NCBI GenBank assembly: GCA_035934315.1
Contig: DASYXZ010000090.1
Coordinates: forward strand, 2,742-66,741
Length of the DNA stretch: 64,000 bases
Source of the DNA: Terriglobia bacterium
GTDB lineage: Bacteria > Acidobacteriota > Terriglobia > UBA7540
Reading direction: 5' to 3'
The position numbers were made by a program, and so were the translations under genes. The notes beneath the pieces are model-generated. The model saw only the letters and a list, made by a program, of their open reading frames with translations, did no database searches and was not told the origin of the DNA. Shown here piece after piece: positions 8,770 through 17,509 of this stretch. Numbering within the stretch: position 1 is the first letter of the stretch; each line of letters begins with the position of its first letter.

Positions 8770-10380
8770 TCACAGCCCGCCTCGCCGCTGTTGCATCTTG
8801 ATATAGTCCGCCGCCCGCAACGAAAGCGCCATGATGGTGAGCGTGGGATTCTTCTCGCTGGAGGTGGTGAAACAACTCCCGTCAGTCACAAAAAGATTCT
8901 TCACCTCTCGCGCCTGGCAAAAACTGTTCAGGACGGAGGTCTTGGGATTCTTGCCCATGCGAATGGTTCCCACCTCATGGCTGGCAAATCCGCCCGGAGC
9001 GTGGCCGATGTTAGGAAACACCTCTCCTTTCAAATTCGAGCAAATGTCCAGCAGGCTCCGATTCTGGTCGCGCCAGAGGGCAAAATCGTTCTCGCTAAAC
9101 CGGAAGCGCACCACAGGAATCGGGATTCCGTATTCGTCCACTTGGTTGGGCTCCGTTGCAACGTAGTTATTGGGGCGCGCCTCCACTTTCCCGAACGCGC
9201 CGAGCATCAGATAGGCTGGCTGCATCACCCGCACGCGTTCCTTATACGCGGCCCCGTAACCGTGCAGGCGCTGGGCATGATGGGGAAACATGTAGCTGGA
9301 AAAGTTGACCTGAAATCCCCACCCCCCTGCATAGTCCTTCTTCCCGGCCAGATGGTTGTAGCGGGGGATATAAACGTGGTCCGTCGCCCCGTCCTGATTG
9401 AAGGGGGCGGCTCCCTCAAGCTCCTTCAGATAAATATCGGCGCTGCCTCCGAGATGGCCATTCAGGTAACGGCCGACAACCCCATTGGAATTGGCCAGTC
9501 CATTCGGGTGTTGCGGCGAGCGCGAGTTGAGAAGCAGCCGCGCTGACTCCACTGTCGCGCCGCACACCACCACAATCCTGGCGCTGACCTCCTCCTCTTT
9601 CTTGGTATGGGTGTCCACAAAAGAGACGCCGCGGGCCTGGCCCTCCCGGTCCACCAGGATTTCGTGCGCCAGAGCATTCTGGCGCAAGGTGAAATTGCCC
9701 GTGGCCTGCGCCTTGGGTAACATCGCCACGGCGCTGTTGAACAGCGCCCCCACATCACAGCCGTCCATGCAGTGGCCGCAATAATGGCACGGAGGACGAC
9801 CGTCATAGGGTACGGTCACCACCGCCTTGCGCACGCTGATGACGGAAATGCCCATCCTGCTTGTTGTGCGGTGAAGAATATGTTCGCTACAACGCCAGGG
9901 TATTGGCGGCAGATAATGTTTCCCCCCGGGCAGGATTTCGAGACCATCGTCCCGGCCACAGACGCCAATCATCTGTTCGATCCGGTCATAATAAGGCTCA
10001 ATCTCTTCATAAGCCAGTGGCCAGTCTTCTTCGAGTCCGCTCAAGGAGCGTTCCTTGAAATCTCGCGCGGCGTAGCGAAGAGTCACCGCGTTCCAATGCA
10101 CCGTCCGGCCGCCCAACACTCGCATTCGAGACACACTCACATTGTCGCAATCCTGATAGCGAATCGAAGTGGAAACGTCCTGGTTGAAAAGGGCCTGCTT
10201 CTCGCCGCGAAAGCCGCGGTACGGGAGTTCATAAGGCCAGGCGTGCGAAAGGAATTTCTCGAGCGGCACATCCTTCCCAGCCTCGAGCATGATGACCTTG
10301 GCTCCGCCCTCACAGAGCTCTTTGGCCATCACGCCCCCGGCGGCCCCCGACCCGATCACACATACGTCGTAAATGGTCAT
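8770..10380 (-). CDS. GMC-family FAD-dependent oxidoreductase (sugar or glycoside dehydrogenase-like)
   Basis: 536 aa. It has the N-terminal dinucleotide fold MTIYDVCVIGSGAAGG, the C-terminal GMC region HEVGTIRMG and FVTDGSCFTTSSEKNPTLTIMALSLRAADY. It has no signal peptide of its own. Confidence 0.9.
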   Translation of the reverse strand: MTIYDVCVIGSGAAGGVMAKELCEGGAKVIMLEAGKDVPLEKFLSHAWPYELPYRGFRGEKQALFNQDVSTSIRYQDCDNVSVSRMRVLGGRTVHWNAVTLRYAARDFKERSLSGLEEDWPLAYEEIEPYYDRIEQMIGVCGRDDGLEILPGGKHYLPPIPWRCSEHILHRTTSRMGISVISVRKAVVTVPYDGRPPCHYCGHCMDGCDVGALFNSAVAMLPKAQATGNFTLRQNALAHEILVDREGQARGVSFVDTHTKKEEEVSARIVVVCGATVESARLLLNSRSPQHPNGLANSNGVVGRYLNGHLGGSADIYLKELEGAAPFNQDGATDHVYIPRYNHLAGKKDYAGGWGFQVNFSSYMFPHHAQRLHGYGAAYKERVRVMQPAYLMLGAFGKVEARPNNYVATEPNQVDEYGIPIPVVRFRFSENDFALWRDQNRSLLDICSNLKGEVFPNIGHAPGGFASHEVGTIRMGKNPKTSVLNSFCQAREVKNLFVTDGSCFTTSSEKNPTLTIMALSLRAADYIKMQQRRGGL

Positions 10381-10422
10381 AGCTTCCTTTTTATGGAGCG
10401 CAGAGAATATATTCGCACAATT

Positions 10423-11898
10423 TTACTCCAGCGAAAATCTTATAACGGCGGCGGAAGCGGCGGGCACCGTGAGGACGGTTTGGCCGACTTTGTCCGACCT
10501 CAGCGGCGTCCATTTCCCTTCCCACGAACCATTGTTAATGGACGCGCCACCGAGCGTCACGCCGGTTTTCGCCTCAAGGTCTCCGCTCGGCGCGGCCAGA
10601 AACATCACCGCGGCGCGCTTCGAAATTCCCTTCGCCACAACGGTCACATTCGCCTGGCGTGCGCCGGGGCCGTGATCCTTGTTGATGATGGTTACAAAAA
10701 GGTTCGCCGCGTCGCGCACGGCGTAGGCGGTCAGATTGATTCCCTCCGGATCGGAAATCGTGAGCCGTTCCACGGTCCCGTGACTGCCCAGAGCAAAGGC
10801 CTTGAGGGCGTAAGCCTTCGGATTGATCTGGAAATTTCCGGAGTGATCAAGAAATATCGTGTCGGTGTAAATCCAACGCTTGTTGTGAAAATTGACGCCC
10901 AGAGCTTGATGCGCAGCATGCCAGTGCATGTAATCCAGCGCCCACAACGCGGAAGCGAAAGCGTTGCTCGCGCCGTTAACTCCACCGGTATAGTCGTTAC
11001 ACTCAGTCATGCGGTAAGGCAACCCGCCCGCTACCACAGGTGCGAGGACGTGATCATAGAGCAGGGTGTAATGGGTCGAGACCCAGCCGGGCGACAGCAT
11101 TGACTCGATGGCTTTCGCAATGCTGACTCCGGTGGCGCTTTGGCCGGAGTAGTCATGCTGGGTGACGAATCTTAAATTCATCTCCTTCGCATCTCGGGCG
11201 AAATGTTCCGTCCAGGAAGCGCCGTTGTAGTCAGTGTCCTTTGTCCCGGGGACGGGGTAATTCGAGCCCGTATCCGGTCCCGTGAGGCATGCCTCAGGAG
11301 CGGCATGGATAATCGCAGTGGCAAACGCCTTCCAGTCCGCCAGGTACGACGGATACGCCGTCCCAGGGACTCCAGGAGTAGTTTCGACGATCTTCGGATC
11401 GCGGGGATGGCCGGGGAAGGTATGAAAGGAATGCCAGTCAGGCTCGTTGCCGATCTCAAAGCAACTGAGTTGACCACTATAATGCTGCTGGATGTAACCG
11501 GCGATTGCGGCAGCGCCGGACGGGCTGCCATTGAGCAGGCGCAAGGTGTAGATCACCTTGACGTCGGCAGCCTTCGCGAACGCGAACAAGTGATCGACAT
11601 CTTCCGGGCCCGGAACTGCGTATTCAGGGCCGTCGGCCGTGCCGCCGCCGACGCGAAGATCCTCAATACCGATCGTCCGGAACAGATCGATGAGCGGCTT
11701 GTTCTCCGCGCTGAAGAGATATCTTCCGTCTTTATCGGGCAGAAGGTTTGCCGTTTCAAAACTCAAACCGATAAAATCAGCCGGGATCGCAAACCCGGGA
11801 GCCCGCGCATCAATCATTAAGGTTATCGGTGACTGCGCCACCGCCGTGCCCGCCCAAATACAGCCGACCAAGACCGAAACTGGAATTCTTTTCGTCAT
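10423..11898 (-). CDS. GH79-like glycoside hydrolase (clan GH-A; beta-glucuronidase-like), secreted
   Basis: 491 aa with signal MTKRIPVSVLVGCIWAGTAVAQ. It has an NEP acid/base-type motif (CFEIGNEPDW) and a nucleophile-type motif (YRMTECNDY), followed by a C-terminal beta-sandwich. Size and motifs resemble bacterial GH79 beta-glucuronidases. Confidence 0.7.
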   Translation of the reverse strand: MTKRIPVSVLVGCIWAGTAVAQSPITLMIDARAPGFAIPADFIGLSFETANLLPDKDGRYLFSAENKPLIDLFRTIGIEDLRVGGGTADGPEYAVPGPEDVDHLFAFAKAADVKVIYTLRLLNGSPSGAAAIAGYIQQHYSGQLSCFEIGNEPDWHSFHTFPGHPRDPKIVETTPGVPGTAYPSYLADWKAFATAIIHAAPEACLTGPDTGSNYPVPGTKDTDYNGASWTEHFARDAKEMNLRFVTQHDYSGQSATGVSIAKAIESMLSPGWVSTHYTLLYDHVLAPVVAGGLPYRMTECNDYTGGVNGASNAFASALWALDYMHWHAAHQALGVNFHNKRWIYTDTIFLDHSGNFQINPKAYALKAFALGSHGTVERLTISDPEGINLTAYAVRDAANLFVTIINKDHGPGARQANVTVVAKGISKRAAVMFLAAPSGDLEAKTGVTLGGASINNGSWEGKWTPLRSDKVGQTVLTVPAASAAVIRFSLE

Positions 11899-11929
11899 TT
11901 CAACCTACTGATCGCGCAAGAACCTGTTC

Positions 11930-11969
11930 TTCGACCGGGAAGAGTTCATCAGACCTCTTCCCGGTCGAA
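11930..11969 (-). terminator. Perfect 15-bp stem hairpin (TTCGACCGGGAAGAG / CTCTTCCCGGTCGAA, 10-nt loop); likely terminator of the upstream receptor transcript
   Basis: Arms at 11930-11944 and 11955-11969 are exactly complementary. The hairpin lies about 20 nt downstream (minus sense) of the stop of the receptor remnant and upstream of the GH79 start. No U-tract follows. Confidence 0.5.
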
Positions 11970-11989
11970 ATTGAAACGCGAACCAGTTT

Positions 11990-12175
11990 TCAGAAATAGA
12001 ACTTGAGAGCCAGTTGCCCGAGCCGAGGATTGTTCCGCAACGACGTTGTTTTCCTGAATCCCTTGAGACTCGTAAAATTGAGTTGACCCGGGTTTCCAAA
12101 TTGTGGTGTTGGGTGATTGTTCGCCAGCCCACACTTCAATCGCCCTTTGAGTTCGAAACCCTGAATGCCGGAAAT
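11990..12175 (-). pseudogene. 3'-terminal remnant (~61 codons) of a fifth TonB-dependent receptor gene
   Basis: Hand translation of the minus strand gives ..FELKGRLKCGLANNHPTPQFGNPGQLNFTSLKGFRKTTSLRNNPRLGQLALKFYF* with stop TGA at 11990-11992. An upstream in-frame TAA sits at 12176-12178. The sequence aligns with the C-termini of the intact receptors here (..NHANFGNP...NPRVLQFALKLVF, ..GGPRIGQLALKLIF), including the terminal aromatic residue. Confidence 0.6.
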
Positions 12176-12340
12176 TTATCGTAATTCGGCGTAAAAATTA
12201 ACCCTCGAGCGCCTTCCCGTTGTCAACCTGCCTGTAGCACTCTAAGGCTGTATTGAGGACGGGTCAAGGCTCGGGCTCGAAGAGCAATCCGCTCCCATGG
12301 CCTCCGAAAAAAATCGTGCCAAACGCAAAGCTATGAGCGA

Positions 12341-15300
12341 TCACCAATACAGCTTGAGCGCCAACTGAATTTCGCGCGGATCGAAGGCGCCGTCCCGAAG
12401 ACTCGAGATTTTGCTGAAAGGCGTGTTGTTAAAATTCAAAAAGCCCGGCTGGCCGAACATCGGCGTATTGGTCAGATTGAAAACCTCGGTTCGGAACTCG
12501 AGGTGAGTCGCCTCCGAGAGGCGAAACTGCTTGAAGAGCGAGAAATCCAGGCGATGGATGCCCGGACCGTAGGCCTGCCGGCTTTGTCCTCCCAAGGGCG
12601 TATAATCGGTCTGCCCAATGATTGTGGCGGCGGGTGGTTGGGCGAACGCCGCCGGGTTGAGCCATTGGTTCACGTCGTGAGGGCCGGAGTACATGTTTTG
12701 GCCCGGCACCAGCAAGGCATTGCAGCCAAAATCAGACGTCGTTCCCTTTGGACAGCCAATGGTGAAAGGTTGGCCACCCTGCTCCGAAAGGACGGCGTTG
12801 ATGCTCCATCCGCCCAGAAGTTGGTTGGCGGCTCCGCTGCTGTGGCTCAGGAACCGCCTGCCGGCACCGAAGGGCAATTGGTAGGATCCCGCCACGTGGA
12901 CGATGTGAGTCACATCGGAACTGCACAAGTGATAATCGCCCTGGATTCCAAACCCAGGGAGATAAGGGGCGCGATTGTTGCCGCCGCCGGCGCCGCCGAC
13001 CAGGGGCTCGTCGTCATCTCTGCACTTGGAATACGTGTAGTCGGCCAAGAGGCTCAGCCCTTGGCTGAGCTGGCGCCGATAAGTGACTTGGAGGGAGTTG
13101 TAATAGCTGGACGCTTGCGTGGTTTCATAGGTTGAACGCCGCAGGAAATCCGGGAACGGCACATATTTTTGGGGGTTCTGTCCCGGGGGCAGAATGATGC
13201 TGGGTTCATTCGCTCCCGTATCGGTGTCGAGATGGCGGCCTCCTGAACCGACGTAGGCGATATCCACCGTCTGGCTCGGCGTAAGTTGATATTGAAGGGT
13301 GAAATTATAGGCCTCCGTATAGGGAGTCAAAAAATTATACTGCCTTGCATTCAGTCCAAGTCCGTTGGCAACCACGTTGGCCGGAGTGAAGCTGATGGCG
13401 GACAAGCCGTTCTCGAGCGTGGCGATCGACCCGTTGGGAAACGTGATTGGCTGATAGGGATTCGGGCTGCTGTATCCAAAGTTGAACAGGAAAGGATAGT
13501 TGCGTCCCAGGTTGGGGCCAAACCCAATATTATCCAAGGCGCCGTAAAAAATACCGTATCCCGCCCGCACCACCAGCTTGGGGAGGAGCTGGTAGGCGAA
13601 GCCAACTCGCGGCGCAAAATTCGTTTTTTGGCCGTTGCCGAGCGTGAGGCCTGACGCGCACTGAAACGCGATGCCGTCGGTTTGGAGAAGCGTCGTAAAC
13701 GAGGTGGATAGAGGTTCATTGCAGCGGCGTTTCGGGAGCAGGAATTCCGCGCTGCCGGGAGCCGCCGGGATAAAGTTACCCTGCGCTCCGTAAGTCTCCC
13801 AGTAGGGTGTGAAATAATCCCACCGCAGCCCCAGATTCAATGTGAGCTTTTGCGAAAGCCTCCAATCGTCGTTGAAGTAAAGGCCGACGTAGTTGCGCTG
13901 GTCGTCCGTGGCGGAGAAGTTTGAGGCCGAGACGTTGTCAGCGCCTCCGACGTTGTTATAGCCGCCGGGAACCGTGGAGGCAACAGGCGTCAAAAGTAAT
14001 TGCGCAATCCCGACGTTGTTTCCGTCCAACTGGTTCGGAACCGAGGTATATGTGCCGGAGAAGCCAAAGTGACCGTGAGACGCGGTAGGCTGGATGATCC
14101 AGGCCCGAATATGATCGAACTGAATACCCGCCTTGATCGTGTGGCGGCCCTTCACCTTGGTGAGGTTCTCGGTCGCGTCGTACACCTGGGTGCGTTGAAT
14201 CGTAGGCGTGAACTGATGTGTTCCCAGTTGTTGCAGTCCCCCAATCGAAATGTTGGGAAGCCCGCCGTTGTTGGGAATTTGAGGGATGCCCTGAATCCCG
14301 AACTGCGCCGGGATCCCCATCGTAGCCGCGGTGGGATTGACATTGATCTCCGGGTTTCTGTTATAGCCAAAGCGCGCCTCATTGATCATCGTCGAAGAAA
14401 ACAAATGAGTCTCGCTGAGGGCCAGAGCGTCGTGTCCAAAGTTGCCGCTGTAACCGTCATTGTTATGGCCGTCGGCGAGGCCCGGAAGGGGGGAGGGGTT
14501 TACAAAGGGGTTGTTCTCCCAATCTACGACCTCGAAAATCTGGTCTTGGGCGGAGAAATTATGGTCGATCCGGGCGTCAAATTGGTTCGAATCGTTCAAA
14601 GTGACCGGGTCATACACGAAGTTTTGTAGAAAACCAGAGCCGGTCGGCGCGGGATACAGATTGAGCAGCTTGATCGCGTTCGGGTCCAGCCGGCCGGCCG
14701 GGAGCATATTGAGCAGGGCAATGGCGGCCGGGCTGGTGAAGTTCATCACGCCGGTCAAACTTCCCTGGTAGAAGGGATCGCGGACCTGCCCCGTTGCCGT
14801 GGCCGGCAAACCTGACAAAGGGTCCGTCTTCCCTTTCGTGACGTTCCGCGTGGTGGCCGGATCAAGAACGGTCCCCAAAGGAAAAGTCCGCCCCAAGTCA
14901 TCGGTCGTCGGCTTGCCAGATTGATCCAGAATCAAGTCCTGCAAGTTGGCATAGCCGCTGTTCCGCATGGTGGCGGTAGGCACGGTCTCCTGGAAAGGAC
15001 TTGCCGAGCGTGTGCGTACGCCCTGCCACTCGAAAAAGAAGAAGGTCTTGTTCCTGCCGTTGTACACATGAGGTATATCGACCGGACCTCCCAGCGTGAA
15101 GCCAAATTGGTTCAGCCGAAATTCCCCTTTTGGGGTTCCCGTGGCGTTTTCAAAGAATTGGGCCGCGTCCAGTTTGTCATTGCGCACAAATTCCCAGGCG
15201 TCGCCGAGAAGGCGATTGGTTCCTGACTTGATGGTGGCATTCACCACGGCGCCGGCCGAGTGCCCAAACTCCGCGCTGTAGTCGTTGGTTTGAACTTTGA

Positions 15301-15976
15301 ACTCCTGGATGGCATCTGGAGGAGGAAGGATTGTGTAATTCTGGCCGGCAAAGAAAAACTCATTGTTGTTGTCGATGCCATTGAGCCGAAAATCGTTCTG
15401 TCCGCCGCGGATTCCATTGGCCGAAAAAGCTCCGCCGGTCTGCGGCGCATTACCCGCTTGCACGGTCACGCCAGCGACAAGCTGAGCGAGTTCCGTCCAA
15501 TTCCTGCCATTCAGCGGCAGGTCGTTGACCTCCGAATTCCCGATGGTTTGCCCGCGCGAAGCGTTTTGGGTTTGCAGAAGGGGCGTGGCCGCCTTGACTT
15601 CGACGGCCTGTGTCACCTTGCCAGGCACCAGCACGAAATCCGCCAGGACGTCTTCCTGCACGTGCACTGGCATGTGGACGCGAGTCGCTCTCCGGAACCC
15701 CTGCAATTGTACGCTCGCGGTGTATGAGCCAATCTTAAGAGCCGGAAAAACATATTGACCGCTGGATCCTGTGATCGTGGTGAGCGTGAAGCCCGTCCCC
15801 TCGTTGGTCAGCGTGACCTTCGCACCAGGGACGACAGCCCCGGAAGAGTCGCGAACCGTTCCAAGAATCCTTCCCGTATCAATCTGCGCTTTGCACAGCG
15901 GATTGCCCGCCACCAGCCAGCAGACCAGCACGGCTCCCAACGCACGAAGCACTCTCGCCACGATTCGATTTCGCAT
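12341..15976 (-). CDS. TonB-dependent outer-membrane receptor with N-terminal carboxypeptidase-regulatory-like domain (receptor 1)
   Basis: The start ATG 15976 (MRNRIVARVLRALGAVLVCWLVAGNPLCKAQ) is preceded by TAAGGAGAAT. It has a CarboxypepD_reg-like segment GTVRDSSGAVVPGAKVTLTNEGTGF...SGQYVFPALKIGSYT and a plug-type segment LPLNGRNWTELAQLVAGV. A long beta-barrel ends in ..REIQLALKLYW. Confidence 0.9.
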   Translation of the reverse strand: MRNRIVARVLRALGAVLVCWLVAGNPLCKAQIDTGRILGTVRDSSGAVVPGAKVTLTNEGTGFTLTTITGSSGQYVFPALKIGSYTASVQLQGFRRATRVHMPVHVQEDVLADFVLVPGKVTQAVEVKAATPLLQTQNASRGQTIGNSEVNDLPLNGRNWTELAQLVAGVTVQAGNAPQTGGAFSANGIRGGQNDFRLNGIDNNNEFFFAGQNYTILPPPDAIQEFKVQTNDYSAEFGHSAGAVVNATIKSGTNRLLGDAWEFVRNDKLDAAQFFENATGTPKGEFRLNQFGFTLGGPVDIPHVYNGRNKTFFFFEWQGVRTRSASPFQETVPTATMRNSGYANLQDLILDQSGKPTTDDLGRTFPLGTVLDPATTRNVTKGKTDPLSGLPATATGQVRDPFYQGSLTGVMNFTSPAAIALLNMLPAGRLDPNAIKLLNLYPAPTGSGFLQNFVYDPVTLNDSNQFDARIDHNFSAQDQIFEVVDWENNPFVNPSPLPGLADGHNNDGYSGNFGHDALALSETHLFSSTMINEARFGYNRNPEINVNPTAATMGIPAQFGIQGIPQIPNNGGLPNISIGGLQQLGTHQFTPTIQRTQVYDATENLTKVKGRHTIKAGIQFDHIRAWIIQPTASHGHFGFSGTYTSVPNQLDGNNVGIAQLLLTPVASTVPGGYNNVGGADNVSASNFSATDDQRNYVGLYFNDDWRLSQKLTLNLGLRWDYFTPYWETYGAQGNFIPAAPGSAEFLLPKRRCNEPLSTSFTTLLQTDGIAFQCASGLTLGNGQKTNFAPRVGFAYQLLPKLVVRAGYGIFYGALDNIGFGPNLGRNYPFLFNFGYSSPNPYQPITFPNGSIATLENGLSAISFTPANVVANGLGLNARQYNFLTPYTEAYNFTLQYQLTPSQTVDIAYVGSGGRHLDTDTGANEPSIILPPGQNPQKYVPFPDFLRRSTYETTQASSYYNSLQVTYRRQLSQGLSLLADYTYSKCRDDDEPLVGGAGGGNNRAPYLPGFGIQGDYHLCSSDVTHIVHVAGSYQLPFGAGRRFLSHSSGAANQLLGGWSINAVLSEQGGQPFTIGCPKGTTSDFGCNALLVPGQNMYSGPHDVNQWLNPAAFAQPPAATIIGQTDYTPLGGQSRQAYGPGIHRLDFSLFKQFRLSEATHLEFRTEVFNLTNTPMFGQPGFLNFNNTPFSKISSLRDGAFDPREIQLALKLYW

Positions 15977-16060
15977 TTGGATTCTCCTTATCGATAGAAA
16001 CGACCGCAAGACCAGGGACGCCAAGGCTCAAACGCGCCAACAATCAGCCAGTGGGGCGAC

Positions 16061-16112
16061 TATAAATAACGTCGAAATTTGGATCTCAAGTGAAATCTGA
16101 TATCTCATATAT
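16061..16112 (-). promoter_or_regulatory. Putative sigma70-type promoter of receptor 1 plus upstream AT-rich TGATAT motif
   Basis: The minus sense reads GATATCAGATTTCAC-TTGAGA-N17-TTTATA. On the plus strand these elements are tctcaa 16084-16089, tataaa 16061-16066 and TGATAT 16098-16103. The region is near-identical to the receptor 2 promoter region. Confidence 0.45.
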
Positions 16113-16591
16113 TTCTCAAGATAAAACATTTAAACATTTTTTTCAATCGCTCGTCCAGGCTCAACCTTCGCAATTGAATGGTCATTTCGCGTCACACTCT
16201 GGCGCGGCGGCTCCCTTGAAGATCTACGTGTTCCAATCAATGCCGGGTCTCTTCGAAAGACACCAGGTGTGAAACGGCATAAGAAGGCCAAATTAAACTT
16301 CCACCGACGCTGCTCGTGACAAACAATATCGTCGTTGCAAGGCCGCCAGGCGACACACTTGCCCGAATCGCACTTTGTCTATCATGACGGAATATATTTG
16401 TCAAGAGCTTTTTTATGACTGTATAATGCACATACGGTCTTTTATATCAACTATTGATTGTTGAGATGAGAGGTTTGCCAGATTCGAAACAAGAAGAAGT
16501 CGCCACAAATCGCTCACCAAAGAGGAAAGTATTTGATTGGTCGTTTAGCAATCTGCTCGATTCTTGATTGGTTCCGCATATAATGGGGGTT

Positions 16592-17392
16592 ATGAGCAGA
16601 AGATCAGATGACACTCGCAACGCCAATTCAAGACCAGACCGGATTCTTCGCCTCCTCCAAGAAACTGGTTTGGTCTCCATCCATCAACTCTGCAACGACC
16701 TGGACGTATCGATTGCCACCGTGCGACGAGACTTACGCCACCTGGAAAACCAGAACCTTTTGCGGAGAACGCACGGAGGCGCGACCTGCATCGAACCACT
16801 GCTTTATGAGCCCTTCCGCCGCGATTCATCTTTCCAAGAGCAGATCGAGCGCTGCTCGGACGAAAAGCGAAAGATCGCTTTGGCTGCGGCCGAATTGGTG
16901 GAAGACGGTGACACAATTGCGATGACTGCAGGAACCACAACCACCCTGGTAGCACGCAGCATCCGGCAGCGGCAAGGAGTAACGGTTGTCACCAACACCG
17001 TCAACATCGCCATGGAATTGAGCAAAAGGAAAGATTTGGCGATTTTTGTCACGGGAGGACACCTTCGCGGTGACTGGTTTTCTCTGGTCGGGTCCGCTGC
17101 GGTCCAAGCCATGACTCGCATATATGTCGAGAAGGTTTTCATTGGGGTGAATGGTATCGATGCTGAGAAAGGCTTGACCTGCTTCAATCCTGAAGAGGCG
17201 GCACTGAACAGGACAATGATCCAGCAGGCCCGGAAAAAGATTGTGGTCGCCGATCACACAAAGTTGGGGCTCGTAACGAGTTGTTTGATTTGTCCTTTGC
17301 GCGAAGCTGATATTCTTATTACTGACAGCGGCGCTACAGATAAGGCAATCGAGCCTTTTGTGCAAAATGGTCTCGAAGTGCGGCGTGTATAA
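16592..17392 (+). CDS. DeoR/GlpR-family transcriptional regulator
   Basis: It has the HTH segment RILRLLQETGLVSIHQLCNDLDVSIATVRRDLRHLENQNLLRRTHGGA followed by a DeoR C-terminal sensor domain. In-frame candidate starts are TTG 16568, ATG 16583 and ATG 16592. I chose 16592 because of the G-rich run upstream. Confidence 0.9.
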   Translation: MSRRSDDTRNANSRPDRILRLLQETGLVSIHQLCNDLDVSIATVRRDLRHLENQNLLRRTHGGATCIEPLLYEPFRRDSSFQEQIERCSDEKRKIALAAAELVEDGDTIAMTAGTTTTLVARSIRQRQGVTVVTNTVNIAMELSKRKDLAIFVTGGHLRGDWFSLVGSAAVQAMTRIYVEKVFIGVNGIDAEKGLTCFNPEEAALNRTMIQQARKKIVVADHTKLGLVTSCLICPLREADILITDSGATDKAIEPFVQNGLEVRRV

Positions 17393-17509
17393 CCAACAAT
17401 TTTAATTGATCGGTCCTCATGCCACATATATTAGTGATTGTTTTAGGCAATATCGCTCACACAAGTCTTGACATTGCTATCGTTTAGGCGGACTATGCGC
17501 AAGGACATA

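Noticed and set aside
16398-16428. A TTGTCA...TATAAT pair upstream of the DeoR gene as its promoter, and the complementary TTGACA reading towards receptor 1.
   Set aside because: The spacer on the plus strand is 19 nt, which is long. The minus-strand alternative has a poor -10 (TAGACA). The signal is too ambiguous to list as a feature.
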